DNA from: Diadema antillarum | Taxonomy: Eukaryota | DNA: 64,000 nt | Assembly (NCBI RefSeq): GCF_040938485.1 | Contig: NW_027271205.1 | Coordinates: 124,001-188,000 of the forward strand | Direction of reading: 5' to 3' | Translations under genes and position numbers: made by a program | Shown: in pieces, positions 1-10,949 of the stretch | How positions within the stretch are numbered: position 1 is the first letter of the stretch | Layout: every line of letters starts with the position of its first letter | Notes under the pieces: model-generated | Databases searched by the model: none | The model's input: only the letters and a program-made list of their open reading frames with translations | What the model was told of the DNA's origin: nothing

Positions 1-864
1 TTGCTTCTGTTGAAATGAATAATGTTCTAGATGGAAGAGAAATGCCTCAGTCACAAATTGTAAACACCAGTGTATTGATGGAGTTCCCAGGCTCCAGCTC
101 CCAACTTAATTTTCTAACGGTTACACAATGAAAAAGTGTTTTTGATTGTATGTGTCTCCACACATGTACATACATAATATTGATATGAATGTGCGCACAG
201 CGAGCTGTTTGCAAAATGTACGTAATGTTATGAATACATACTTCAAATCTCTTGTGCGGCTGTGGTATATTGATTCTCAACTTTGTGCTGCAGCTATATA
301 CATGTATAATATGTTGTGATGGAAATAGAGTTAAAAGAGACGATACATACGTATACTGTCCTCCAGAGTAATTGTTCGTTTATTTCGTCTTCTTTCTGTC
401 CGCATAATGAATTACGAGTAAATTCTGATGGAGGATACAAACAAGATGATTGGTTCCAAATCTTAGAATGTGTTTGCTGTTAGGATGCAATGGCTGAAGC
501 ATAGAATATAGGGGTATTCACACCAAACCTGCGTAGAGGAGCATAGTGTTATGTACCAACTATGCCGAAATAGGCTGTGTACTCTTGACCTAAATTTTGA
601 CGGGAGCAAGCTATAGCAAGAATGAGAAAAAGAAGTGCATGGGTAACTCCGTGGACCCAGCCTTGGAGGATTTTTTGTGTTGGACTGGCGTAGGAAAGTG
701 TACTATTGCATAGGAATTTGTGTACAGTAGTGTAGTGTTACATACTGTTGCTCAGGTATGAGACATGCTGCAACATAGTGTTGTTTAGACGTGCGGATAA
801 ACTGCATATTTTTGTGTCCTGTGGTCTATGCTGGAAGAACGCAAAAAAAAATTGAGCATGTTTT

Positions 865-1854
865 TATGCCTCCGCCAACGAAGTGGCCGGAGGCATTATG
901 TTTTCGGGTCGTCCGTCCGTCCGTCCGTCCCGTTTTGTTTTTGTCGATATCTCAAGAACCTTGAGGTGGTTTTGCATCAAACTTGGTATGAGGGTATATC
1001 CTGGGGGGATAATACTTTGTTTGGATTTTAGGGTCACGGGGTCAAAGGTCAAAGGTCACAGGTTATTTTGTGAAAAAAAGGTTGAAATTTCATGTTTTTC
1101 TCCATATCTCGCAAATGGTTCAAGGTATCTTCATGGAACTTAGAATATATGCATGTACCTATGGGCAGTGATTATCTAGGGAAGTTGGGGGTCATGGGTC
1201 AAAGGTCAGGGGGGTCAAAGGTCAAGGTCAACTCCTCAAAATATCACTACTTTCCTTATATTTATGCAGTGCCTGAAGGATTTTTTTAAAACTTGATGTA
1301 TGCATGTATAACCCAATATATATTCTGTGGGAAGTTTCTTGCCAAAAGGTCAAAGGTCAAAAGGTCAAAGGTCGAGTGAAAGTGCTAAATTGCACTTCTT
1401 CCTCCATATCTCAAAAGTAACTCAAGGTATTATCATGAAACTTACATATTAATGCATGTTCTACCTAACAGTGATTCTCTTTGGAACTGTGAGGTCAAAA
1501 GTCAAAGGCCAGGTTTAGATAATACTATTTTACCATTTGATACTGAAATTATACTTTTTCTCAATACCTTGAAAATTACTCTATGCATAAACTTATAAAA
1601 GGGTCAAAAGTCAAGTAAAAATCATCAGTTCCCCCAAATACCTGCACTCTGACGTTTTAATCGTTCATCCAATTGAACCTAGTTCTAGGAAAGTGAACGT
1701 TCAGCACATTTGTGGCAAACCTGTCATTTTAATATTTTGCCAATTGTGTGAAACTGTCATCACACATTGTCAAGACATTGTACTATAGACCTATTAGGAG
1801 AACCATGCATTATGGCGGAGGCATACACCAGTCGCCGTAGCGACATTTCTAGTT
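865..1854 (+). mobile_element. Non-autonomous Helentron/DINE-1-like element (HINE), family 1
   Basis: Starts in a T-run with subTIR ATGCCTCCGCCA, followed by a (GTCC)n microsatellite. The inverted subTIR TGGCGGAGGCAT at 1813-1824 is followed by hairpin GTCGC-cgta-GCGAC and a ctagTT end. This is the DINE-1/HINE architecture. Confidence 0.8.
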
Positions 1855-2114
1855 TTTATTTTGTTTTTTGCATGCCCCACGAACCCCTTTGTGTTGCTCG
1901 GTGAATCGGTACATAGGCCGATGTAGGGTAGCGTAAGCTCGGTTGTTGTGCAACACTACACAACTCTATGCAAGTGTAAGAGCCCCTTTATGCCAGTTTA
2001 TGATCATCCAGCCATCTCTATATTAGTTGTAGTTTAATAGCACCATTGATGGCATATGAATACTCAAATTAGATTGTTCCTCACACTTAATGTATCTGTC
2101 TTCTTTTTTCTTTT

Positions 2115-3232
2115 TGTCCCCGCCGAACGAGTTCGAGCAGGGGACTATGAAACGGGCTCTGTACGTGTGTGTGTCCGTGTGTCCGTCCGTCCGTCCGTGT
2201 GTCCGTCCGTGTGTGCGTCCGTTTGTGATCAAAATCTTCAATTTGCTACTTCTCTGTCATTTATGAGCCAATTTTGATTCTGTTTGCTTTATATGATAGC
2301 ACTACATGGGAGCTTTGAAACTTCTACACAGAATTCAGTCGTGACCTTTGACCTTGACCTTTGACCTATATTGTACATTTTGCTACAAAATGCTACTCCT
2401 TCGCCATTTCTAACCCGATTTCGATTCTGTTTGCTTTATGTGATGGCACTAGGTGAGGGCTTCAATACTTCTACACAGAATTTTGACCTTTGACTTCTTT
2501 GACCTTTGACCTTGATTTTTGACCTGTATCGTACATTTGGCTACAAAATGCTACTCCTTCGCCATTTCTAACCCGATTTCGATTCCGTTTGCTTTATGTG
2601 ATGGCACTAGGTGAGGGCTTCAAAACTTCTACACAGAATTTTGACCTTTGACTTCTTTGACCTTTGACCTTGATTTTTTGACCTATATTGTACATTTTGC
2701 TACAAAATGCTACTCCTTCGCCATTTCTAACCCGATTTCGATTCCGTTTGCTTTATGTGATGGCACTAGGTGAGGGCTTCAAAACTTCTACACAGAATTT
2801 TGACCTTTGACTTCTTTGACCTTTGACCTTGATTTTTTGACCTATATTGTACATTTTGCTACAAAATGCTACTCCTTCGCCATTTCTAACCCGATTTCGA
2901 TTCCGTTTGCTTTATGTGATGGCACTAGGTGAGGGCTTCAACACTTCTACACAGAATTTTGACCTTTGACTTCTTTGACCTTTGACCTTGATTTTTTGAC
3001 CTGTATTGTACATTTTGCTACAAAATGCTACTCCTTCGCCATTTCTAACCCGATTTCGATTCCGTTTGCTTTATGTGATGGCACTAGGTGAGGGCTTCAA
3101 CACTTCTACACAGAATTTTGACCTTTGACTTCTTTGACCTTTGACCTTGATTTTTTGACCTGTATTGTACATTTTGTTACAAAATGCTACTTCCGGCGGG
3201 GACATATATTACGCACCGCGTAATTTCTACTT
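2115..3232 (+). mobile_element. HINE family 2 with an internal 159-bp tandem array
   Basis: subTIR TGTCCCCGCC / GGCGGGGACA (3195-3204), (GTCC/GTGT)n microsatellite, 3' hairpin ATTACGC-acc-GCGTAAT, T-run flanks. Confidence 0.8.
2391..3190 (+). repeat. Tandem array of five near-identical 158-159 bp units plus a diverged precursor unit
   Basis: The anchor tgctac(t) recurs at 2391, 2549, 2708, 2867, 3026 and 3185. Confidence 0.95.
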
Positions 3233-3267
3233 TTCCTTGTTTTTCTTTTTTTTTTGTCATCATGCAG

Positions 3268-3349
3268 AAACAAATTGACAACCTCAACAGATTGAGTAAC
3301 CACGTGCTGAACATCCTGAATAGCCAACGAGACAGCTGGGATACTGACT
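3268..3349 (+). CDS. MED8: MED8 internal coding exon (phase 0 in, phase 1 out): KQIDNLNRLSNHVLNILNSQRDSWDTD
   Basis: Long pyrimidine tract + catgcAG acceptor and GTAAGT donor. The peptide resembles the remembered human MED8 segment [26 protein letters not shown] and joins the next exon in frame (T|CA). Confidence 0.88.
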
Positions 3350-3385
3350 GTAAGTGGGAAATTTTTAATCTTAACAAAGTGAAGT

Positions 3386-3420
<35 letters not shown>

Positions 3421-3454
3421 AACACAAACACACTTGATCCAGCTCGTGCTTTAA

Positions 3455-4222
3455 CCCTAACTGCACTGGGGGGGGGGGGCCTCGGAGGCCCCCCCCCTCA
3501 ACATTTCGCACGATTACTCTGCAACACGCAATGCTCTCGCCGCGATGCTCCATGACTTTTTTCTTTTGAGTTTCCCGCACATTTTGACACCAAATTTGTG
3601 ACGCCTGGGGGTACGGTTCTGAAGTTACATGACTTTTTGTACATGCACGTGAGGCCAAAAATGGCTAAAAAATGTGATTTTGTGTACAAAGTCAATGCAA
3701 ATTGAGTTTTTTCACATGGTTCATATAAATATGCTTATTTTTACTCTCAATGGCTAAAATTAGTTTGTTTTAGGAGTATTATGCCTCAAAAAGTGTCTGT
3801 GACAAATTTTGTTACAATAAACAACAAAAACAAAAGGTAGAAAAAACATAGAAATACATAAGAAATTCATGAAACAATAAAATAAATAAGAAATTAATTT
3901 TGATACCGAATTTTTTTTCAAGTACATTTGCTAAGAATGCCACAAAGATTAATTATACCAAAAATGAGCACTTTTGGAGCTTTATTTACTGATTTAGATG
4001 AAAGATTCTGATTTCTTGCATAAATTATAATTAATCAAAATAAAATAAACGAAGTCTATTTTGGAAAATGTAAAAACACGATCTTGTAGATTACATCGCA
4101 CACTACCATTGTGCAAAGTTCCGCGGCGATCGCGCAATCCACGGCCGAGATCTTGGGGGGGGGGGCCCTTGAGGCCCCCCCCCAGTCTTTCGAGCTACCA
4201 AAATAGCCCAGTCTTTTTAGGG
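3455..4222. mobile_element. piggyBac-like non-autonomous element (MITE) in a MED8 intron
   Basis: TTAA on both sides (3451-3454, 4223-4226); termini CCCTAACTGCACTGGG / CCCAGTCTTTTTAGGG (13/16 inverted match); subterminal G-run/C-run palindromes. Confidence 0.8.
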
Positions 4223-4502
4223 TTAAATGCTTAATCAAGTTTTAAACTTGTTTTGCTAAATTATTTTTGCCCTCTCCCACACACCTTGTCACATATATAT
4301 ATTTTGTTTAGTTCTGAATGTACAGTCAAACAGGTACATAACAGATATAGTGTATCAGTCGCTTCAGATTCCTCTCACACAAGATATTTCATCCTCTAAA
4401 AAACATCACTGCAACCTTCCAAATTGTTCTCACATACATCAGAATCGCGCCCTCTAAATTTCACCTCTCCTATATCTGCTCTTGCCCTCGCTGCTCCGGT
4501 AG

Positions 4503-4661
4503 CATCCCGCCTGAACATGACCACCTCCTCCAACGTGGACACCAACATCCTGGTGGACGCTATCCGGATGGGCAAGGACCTGAAGAAGGGCAAGCAGCAG
4601 CCGAGCGCCCAGCCCATCCACACCATGACAGCCCCCATGCAGAGGCATGTGGAGCAGCACG
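4503..4661 (+). CDS. MED8: MED8 internal coding exon (phase 1-1): SRLNMTTSSNVDTNILVDAIRMGKDLKKGKQQPSAQPIHTMTAPMQRHVEQH
   Basis: ccggtAG acceptor and GTGAGT donor; GC-rich codon usage. DTNILVDAIRMGKDL matches the remembered MED8 motif DTNALVAAVAFGKGL. Confidence 0.88.
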
Positions 4662-5754
4662 GTGAGTACCATGGGGTATATGGGCGTGGTTCAGTGCCAC
4701 CATCATGCACCTGTGCCACGCCCAACACAGGGCTCGACATTGGTGGTGGTCCAGGGCCATTGAAAAATTGATGTCGCCCCACCAAATTTCCAAGAAGGTT
4801 ATGTCTCGGTGGCTCGATCAGTGTCTCCTTTATATTATAATGCAGTTTTATAATCTCTGTTTTTGATTGCTTTATAGTGAAAGTCCACGGAGGCTCAAGC
4901 ACAATTCATATAGAATGGATGCGAGGGAGTTAACAGGTTTTGACACAATCAATATTAGATATTTACTTCTATATCAACTTCTATCGTAGTATGATGGATG
5001 ATAACCTTATAAACAGCATTGCCATATTCTGAGGGATGAAAAGGTACATTTTTTGTGGAAAAAACCCCAGTATTTTCACCTTTTAGGCAATAAACGTGTA
5101 GCTATACAATTTTGGAAAAACAGTATTTTCCATGAGACTGGCAGTATTTTCAGTCAAAAAAACAGCAACAAAACAACAACGAAATACTGCAGAAAAAAAA
5201 GGAACAGCTGGCATCACTGTAGTAACTGAACCAATGTGTTTAAGCCAGTGAATGCAATGAGTCCAAGTTCATTGAAAGAATATTACCGGTATGCACTTTG
5301 TCATGTGGCATGCAGCCTGAGATAGCACGAGAGAGCATCTAGAACCCTAGAGCTTCCAGGGCCCGCTTAAGGGCCCTGGACCCCGGCCACAAGGAACTTC
5401 GCGCTTCGAGTCTCCAGTTTGCTAGGGGTTTGAAGTGGGAGAATCTCCTGATCAGAAGGTGCTTGGTGTTGGTGTCTCTGCATGACATGTGCATGATATA
5501 AACATTGCATGTTTGCGATTTTTTTTTTTTTTAACCTTGTCTTTGTAATTTGTCGACATCCTTACCACAGCCAATACTGCTAGTAAAGGAGCTTGATTAC
5601 TTGGATATCATATAGGACAGAGATGATCGTAAATTCCAGGATAAAGGGGACCTTTCACTGCTTGTCATTTTTCATTTGTCTTCTATCCATTTGATAGATA
5701 GTACATTTTTAAGGAAGGAGTGACCCCAATTCTTTCTGCTGTTACCTCACACAG

Positions 5755-5831
5755 CTCCCGTGGGCAAGATGTCCAGTTCCATTAGGACCAACATCAAGTC
5801 TGGAGGAGGACACCCGTACCACAGACCATAG
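5755..5831 (+). CDS. MED8: MED8 terminal coding exon: (A)PVGKMSSSIRTNIKSGGGHPYHRP*
   Basis: ctcacacAG acceptor with consistent phase 1; TAG at 5829-5831. Matches the remembered MED8 C-terminus [21 protein letters not shown]. The three exons total 318 nt = 106 codons. The upstream exons must lie before the window. Confidence 0.9.
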
Positions 5832-8134
5832 GAGTGACCGGAGCAAGGACCAAACTTCACACCGTAGCAGAGGTCGTCGCAGAAGCTACACTGGTTTCTC
5901 ACATCACAACATGCAGGCTCCAAACCGGTGAAGTGGGCTGGTGAAGTGGGCTGGTGAAGTGGGCTGCCCTCCCTCCCCCCCCCCCCCCAAAAAAAAAAAA
6001 AAAATCTGCACCCCCAGAAAATGGACAAATAATGATGACACCTTGCCGTTTGCTCCATCCCCCCATGTGACTTGCAGTCATCGGCAAATGATCGGCAAAT
6101 GACAACCTGTCACATTGGCATTGTGTGAGAAGGGGGAAACCACAATATCATTTGGACTTTTGATTAGTTAGTTAAGGGCTGTTTATTGACCGATTCTGTG
6201 ACGCGCTTTGTGTGTTATCGGCATGGGCAGCGCCATTACTGCTGTGTCCCAGCCGACCCTCTCCCCACTCCCCCACCCCCTCCCCCCATTAGCACGCGCA
6301 TGGAATGAAAAACTGAGGCATGGCTGTTTTAGCCTAAAGGCGTCTCGTACTGAGTGCGCGAATGCTTGCTAAATGCGCGAACCTTTGTTACATGTGCGCG
6401 ATAAACATGCTGCCCGGGGGGTGGGGGAGAGGAGGGGGGGACAAGCTGGGACACTGCAATTTTAGCTAATGGCTGCGCCCAGTGCCACAAATTGTCTGCT
6501 GCCCTCAACGAACCCAAATCGGTCAATACTCTAGCACATCAATGAAGACTGATATTGCTCACAGTGCTCAATTCCTACTCTTTTTCTTCCTTAAGAGTGA
6601 ATGCAATGTTGTGGTGCTTTATCACCGCAGGTGTTAGGATCTTGGTGGCAGCAAGTGTGATTCTCATGGGTATGAAACTCTGTAACCAAACCTGTCAAAC
6701 AAGCGTTCAAAGATTAACCAGTCAGAAGACTCATAGTTTGTGATAACATTCTAATGGATGGCATGGTTTTATTCTTCATAGCTAGCCGCCACAGCAGGCT
6801 GTGGAGGACTGCCATATTCTAGAATCCTCTCGATATGCGTTACCATAGTTGTGCGTAACAAGTAGAGCGCATTAACAATGACATGCGCATGAACTGTGCA
6901 TGTGCTTAACACATATTATTGCATCCCTCCTTTCTTATAAAAAGAAAGAGTGCACTCGAGGCATTTCACAAATATACATGATTGTAGTCTTTCTACCTTG
7001 TTCATTTCTAACTTTGAATTGATTGACAAAAGACTTGAAACCTTTGCCAAAATAAGATTATACATGTATGTAAATGCAATCATATCAGTCATAAGCACTG
7101 AACATTTAATAGCATGCATGTACTGGAATAGCATTCGTGCAACAGCTGCAAATCTTAACTATGTACAATGAAACTGTAACAACGCCTTTAACACCGGGCA
7201 TGAGAAATCTATATCACACGTGTTTACTTGAGCAGGAATACTATCAACCCTACCGAAAATATGCAGAATTTCAATACAGCATGCACACAGCTATCTTCAG
7301 TAATTACATATGACATTAACATCACTCTTTTGAACTTCTTTCGTTTTTTTTCCTTTTAAGTAACTGTGTGAATACATGTTTTAATTGAAATTAACATGAA
7401 AGTTTGATCATTAAAGGATGTTTTCAAATGCTTTCATCAGACATTTCAATGTATGTGGCTTGAGATACCATTCTGCGAGTTATATATTGTAGATATTGTA
7501 CAATCAATATTACTTATTCTGATACAGAATGTATTCTATCAAATCCTGTCAGTGACCAAACAAATTCTTATAAGTTATACTTCTCATGGATGAACACCAT
7601 AAGTGCAGAACTGTATTTACAAACTCATCAGATACAATGTCTAACCCAAATTAGTACCACTGTTAAACCAGCGTATAAAGTTACTAATGCTCGATTAGAC
7701 GATCAGGCTTCTTGATCAGGCATCCTGATCTGGTGCGGTAAGCTTTGGGTGTGTTTATACTCGAAGGCAGAATCAGCGTTTTGAAACGCTGATTCAAAAT
7801 GCTGATTCAAAACGCGGTTCACGGGAGCACTGTTAATGTTCACTTTCTTTGAGCCCTGGAAAGAGCGTTCGCGATTGCTTCGCTGACCTCAGCAGAGGCA
7901 GGTCAATTGGGGGCCGCGCTTTTTTGGAAGTTCTGCCCTGAGTGTGTGCATTGTTCATGTCCCGTAGCATGTCTAATATAACTTCGATTGCGTTACTAAT
8001 ACACACGTACATGAACTGTAGACAATAATGGGAAATATGTGTATATATTTCATCGACAAATTGTTGACAAAATCGGAATGTATAGTGAGCTCTTCATGCA
8101 TTTATATGTCTGACCATATTATACTATAGCACTC

Positions 8135-8171
<37 letters not shown>

Positions 8172-8371
8172 CGGCCTGGCCCTATGCTGTCGGGCTGGCC
8201 AGGCCAGGCCCAGGGGAGCTGAGCCGAATGGTAAAGAGTTGTCTCGCACAGTGTTTGTTCGATCTTGTCTAGCTCGCCAGTAGTTAACAGTCTTGCGTAT
8301 CAACTATCACTAATTTCATTTATCTCCTACGTTTTAATATTGCGGTAAAAATATATTTTCTGGAATAAAAC

Positions 8372-8584
8372 TCACACATAACATACTTTAATTCTGTTGA
8401 TTTTATCCCGTCAAGCTTGTCCGGTCCTCCGTACAAAGCCTGCCTTCACCAGCTGCTCTGCCAGTTTCTCGAAAACACACTTATTTCGCGTCATACCTCT
8501 CAGCTCCTCTTGAACCTCTGGCTCTGCCCAGGCCAGGAGCAGTGTCCTCAATTCATCGTCTTCAAATTTGGATCCTTTATTCAT
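8372..8584 (-). pseudogene. Myb/SANT-like (trihelix/MADF-type, Harbinger ORF1-like) DNA-binding domain relic: MNKGSKFEDDELRTLLLAWAEPEVQEELRGMTRNKCVFEKLAEQLVKAGFVRRTGQA*RDKINRIKVCYV*
   Basis: Manual translation. The pattern F/W-x-D-D-E-x-R-x-L-L-x-x-W ... RN-x-x-VF-E-x-L/I-A ... C-R-D-K-I is typical of Myb_DNA-bind_4 domains; the stop falls where the conserved Cys is expected. Confidence 0.7.
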
Positions 8585-8624
8585 TTCTGCTTTTGTTACA
8601 AACTGTATTGAAAATCAGTCATTT

Positions 8625-8880
8625 GTGACGACTGTTACTTTGTGTCGCGATCGGAGTTTGCACAAAGTATGATCTGGGTTCCTGGCATTGTCCAACTACT
8701 GTTGCAGGATTCCATGTTCCACATCCATGATCAGGCATTGTGACCTTCTGACCCAAAGAGAGTGTTGGTAATTCTCGAACACCTTTCGAGTCAAAGTCTT
8801 ATTTCTGTATCTCTTGTTGATTTCGAAGTTTCTTGCTGACATCATCGCAGTATGATGAGTTGCTCATCTATACGGATAGG
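8625..8880 (-). pseudogene. Gypsy-type integrase C-terminal relic: KLRNQQEIQK*DFDSKGVRELPTLSLGQKVTMPDHGCGTWNPATVVGQCQEPRSYFVQTP...SNSRH
   Basis: Manual translation matches the typical integrase tail QKxxYD...LPxLxxGxxV...W.PA.VV...PRSY.V......RNRRHL; one stop. Confidence 0.75.
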
Positions 8881-8994
8881 TCACTGCCAAGGAGGACTGC
8901 CATATTCTAGAATCCTCTCGATACGCGTTACCATAGTTGTGCATAACAAGTAGAGCGCATTAAGAATGACATGTGCATGAACTGCTGTGCTTAA

Positions 8995-9376
8995 AGGGAT
9001 CGTACAGTTTTGGTTGAGACCTAATTTCAGGTTTCTAACATTTTATGGTGAGATAATCAGAAACCTCATATGAGATATGAAAGAACATGTAATTCTATGA
9101 GGAATTCAACGTTTATTTGATGAAAATTGGTTTTGAAATGGCTGAGATATCAAAAAAAGAGCAATTCCACTAAAGTGTGGGTCCCACACTTTGTCACGAT
9201 TGCTTTGTTCTACTTTGTTTTTGGATGTTTCAGTCATTCCAAACCCGATTTTCATCAAATAAACTTTGAATTCCTCTTAAAATGGTATGCTCTGTACTAT
9301 ATAATAAGTGTTTTCTTGGTATCTCGCAAAAAGTTAAAAGCCCAATTCTCATCTTTACCAATACTGTACTATCCCT
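8995..9376. mobile_element. Kolobok/T2-type MITE, copy 1 (inserted into the 5' LTR)
   Basis: TTAA TSD on both sides, AGGG...CCCT termini, long imperfect palindrome. The LTR sequence resumes after it (cacatattatt). Confidence 0.8.
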
Positions 9377-9436
9377 TTAACACATATTATTACAAAACCC
9401 ACAATCCTTCCGGCCATTACTATGAAGCCTTCGAGG

Positions 9437-9606
9437 TTTTTAGCTCACCTGAGCTGAAGGCTCAAGTGAGCTATTGCGATCATTCTTCATTCGGCATCCT
9501 TCATGCGTTATCCGTCATCCATCATGCGTCATGTTGTGCGTAAACTTGTTACATTTTCATCTTCTTCTGGAAATCCCCAAGACTGATTTTCACCAAACTT
9601 AGCAGG
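9437..9606 (+). mobile_element. 5' fragment of a further HINE-like family (tttttAGCTCACCTGAGCTGAAGGCTCAAGTGAGCT...)
   Basis: Starts in a T-run with a 5' hairpin (AGCTCAC...GTGAGCT), then a degenerate microsatellite; truncated. Confidence 0.55.
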
Positions 9607-9699
9607 TAAAAATGATAATGATGATAATAAAGGACATTTATATTGTGCAGCTGCTAAAATAATATACTCTACTATGCATTACAAAATAACATACATAAT

Positions 9700-9870
9700 T
9701 CAAACAAAAAATACATTGCTTCAAGAGATGACTTTTTAACCTGACCTTAAATTCATTAATTGTAGCTGCTTGTTTTACAAACAAAGGGAGATTATTGCAT
9801 AGTTTTGGTGCAGCATACAATAATGCCCTGTCATCAAGAGTAACTTTTGATTTCCCTGATGGATATTCTT
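9700..9870 (-). pseudogene. 3' end relic of a CR1/L2-type LINE ORF2: ...KSKVTLDDRALLYAAPKLCNNLPLFVKQAATINEFKVRLKSHL
   Basis: Matches the common LINE terminal motif KTYGDRAFSxAAPKLWNxLP...SxxxFKxxLKTHL. Confidence 0.75.
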
Positions 9871-10046
9871 GTCAGCATAATAGCATCCCTGGGGAATAAC
9901 GTTTCCCATGTCATCGGTTCTGGAATTGCATTTGAAGTGAGCATCGTCCCCAACTTCAGACTACTTGTGGTGGAAGGCCAGTTGACCTCGCACCCATTTT
10001 CTCCTGTGAAGCTATGGAGCCAGCTTGACAGGACAATCGCAACTTC

Positions 10047-10322
10047 TAATAATAATAATAATAATAATAATTGTTTTGGATATAAACTCCAAATTTTATT
10101 GTCCAAGAATGGAAATTCATTTTGCCCAATTGATCGTGGGCCCGGCAGCCACTGAGCAGCGCCAGATCGACGTTGCTCTAACCTTTTCAACTGTTGAACG
10201 GCAAACAAGGCAGCAGCAACTCCCATCTTTTAACGTCTTTTGGTATGACGCGGCCGGGGTTTGAACCCACGACCTCCCGATTGTGAGGGCAGCCGCTCTA
10301 CTCACTGAGCCAACACATCGGT
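10047..10322 (-). mobile_element. tRNA-derived SINE
   Basis: On the - strand: A box TGGCTCAGTGAG (10301-10312), B box GGTTCAAACC (10258-10267), AATAAA (10095-10100) and an (ATT)n tail. Confidence 0.7.
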
Positions 10323-10518
10323 GGCTCCTCCTCATAAAACTCCACCACGACAAACCTCTTTGTAGTTTCACTTGTCTGGCTGCCATCCATTGTCAAAAGG
10401 AGACCTATGTGTACATATTTTTACAGAATGTTTTTGGAAGCCCATTCTTGAAGAAGAAGTGTATGCTGACAAGGGTATTTACATGAACACAGGCTTGAAC
10501 AGTCCTCATACACAAGTA

Positions 10519-10600
10519 CCGTAAAGTTCCGTGTATGAGATGCACCCGTATATAAGACGCACCCTTACTTTTGGACCTAAAATTGAAAAAAAAAAAGAAT
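10519..10600. mobile_element. Tc1/mariner-like MITE end fragment (TA-CCGTAAAGTTCCGTGTATGAGATGCACCCGTATATAAGACGCACCC)
   Basis: TA flank and a duplicated TATAAGACGCACCC-type subterminal motif; no partner end found. Confidence 0.5.
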
Positions 10601-10949
10601 ACACACGCATATTTCCACGCAAATATTGTGTGTGTCATACATATTATTTCAGCTCATAATTTCCCTAGAATGCAGCATGTATTTGCTCTATGAATTTCAC
10701 CAGGACAGCAGGGAGATCAATAGTGTGTTTACTTCTTCATGATTCTTCTCGTGAAAAAGCAAGTCTTTGTTGATCCTGGTATGCCCTGAAGAAGAGATGA
10801 TGCCATGTTTGTGTGATGTACTGTAGTACTCTAGAACCTTTGCAGCAAGATAGTTGGTCAGCTATGCCTTCAACTTTATGTGAAAGGAACCTGCTTGTTG
10901 GGATATACTTTATGTTGGTGTCATCTCTGACCTGGTACTGGATTGATCA

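Larger units (their letters stand above)
6800..9394 (-). mobile_element. Internally deleted Ty3/Gypsy-like LTR retrotransposon relic
   Basis: Two ~120-bp direct repeats: 6800-6923, and 8891-8994 plus 9381-9394 (the second is split by a TTAA MITE). On the - strand the 6800-6923 copy reads TG...ACA and is directly preceded by the polypurine tract AAGAAAGGAGGGA. An integrase C-terminal relic lies inside. No TSD found. Confidence 0.7.

Noticed and set aside
2391-3190. Regularly spaced repeats considered as a CRISPR-like array
   Set aside because: Whole units are duplicated with no unique spacers; eukaryotic TE-internal tandem repeat.
4536-4590. NILVDAIRMGKDLKK looked like a WH2 actin-binding motif
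   Set aside because: With the flanking exons the peptide aligns over its whole length with the MED8 C-terminal region, so the WH2 resemblance is incidental.
4396-4902. 168-aa minus-strand ORF
   Set aside because: Antisense shadow of the MED8 exon; no recognisable product.
5927-5966. Three copies of a 14-bp unit GGTGAAGTGGGCT(G) in the MED8 3' UTR
   Set aside because: A short local minisatellite with no further support for function.
8135-8170. Long poly-C/poly-G runs (also 63583-63615 and many shorter ones) as G-quadruplex elements
   Set aside because: Common throughout the window, and homopolymer lengths are error-prone; no specific context.
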